This document shows positions 25,736 to 25,932 of a DNA stretch of 25,932 nt, one piece after another (position 1 is the stretch's first letter; every line of letters starts with the position of its first letter). The stretch spans positions 1 to 25,932 of the IMG/VR virus record IMGVR_UViG_3300048576_000282. One strand, written 5' to 3'. The translations under genes were made by a program, and so were the position numbers. This stretch comes from a virus (Duplodnaviria > Caudoviricetes). The notes beneath the pieces were generated by a model, which saw nothing but the letters and a program-made list of their open reading frames with translations, made no database searches and was not told where the DNA came from.

Positions 25736-25932
25736 GTCCGCCGGGGCCGGGGCCGTCCGCCGGGGCTGTGCCTGCCCGCCGGGGCTGTGCCTGCCCGCCG
25801 GGGCTGTGCCTGCCCGCCGGGGCCTGGGGCCGCCCGCCGGGGCCTGGGCCGCCCGCCGGGGCCGGGGCCGTCCGCCGGGGCCGGGGCCGTCCGCCGGGGC
25901 CGGGGCTGCGCGCCGGGGCCGTCTGCCGGAGC
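25736..25932. repeat. Non-coding 19-bp tandem array, possibly truncated by the window edge
   Basis: Ten copies of G(T/C)CCGCCGGGGC (one with a mismatch) starting at 25736, 25755, 25774, 25793, 25812, 25832, 25851, 25870, 25889 and 25908, separated by 7-8 nt linkers. Confidence 0.95.

Larger units (their letters stand above)
1..25932 (-). mobile_element. Siphovirus-type phage/prophage late region (packaging, head, tail, lysis); neither end nor an integrase is visible
   Basis: Colinear minus-strand TerS, TerL, portal, protease, HK97 capsid, connectors, major tail, chaperones, tape measure, Dit, Tal, fibre, endolysin and holin. No sheath gene. Confidence 0.97.

Noticed and set aside
25736-25932. 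CRISPR array
   Set aside because: Repeat of 12 nt and linkers of 7-8 nt are far too short, linkers recur, and no cas genes are present.

Overview
The window holds the late (packaging, morphogenesis and lysis) region of an HK97-fold, long non-contractile-tail (siphovirus-type) phage or prophage, almost entirely on the minus strand. A GC-rich Clostridia-like host is inferred from the gene families and strong GGAGG ribosome-binding sites. Reading right to left: a truncated GC-rich 19-bp tandem array, a large hairpin and a cos-like site; ParB-domain DNA methyltransferase; conserved accessory protein; TerS; TerL; HNH; a Phd/RelE-type toxin-antitoxin moron with a third Zn-ribbon gene; portal; ClpP-like protease (apparent CTG start); major capsid; head fibre; connector, adaptor and tail-completion genes; major tail; frameshifting tail chaperones; an antisense Cys-rich moron; tape measure; Dit; a membrane-anchored GDPD moron; an SH3-containing Tal; a fibre; a 28-aa ORF; NlpC/P60 endolysin; holin. 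The most striking unexplained structure is regulatory. Nine intrinsic-terminator-like hairpins lie along the colinear region, six of them just upstream of the RBS of a gene with no room for a promoter. The upstream leader carries a structured hairpin and an A-free array of 12-nt mini-hairpins. Together these suggest, but do not prove, a processive antitermination or packaging-control system. All assignments come from reading motifs by eye; no searches or folding programs were run.
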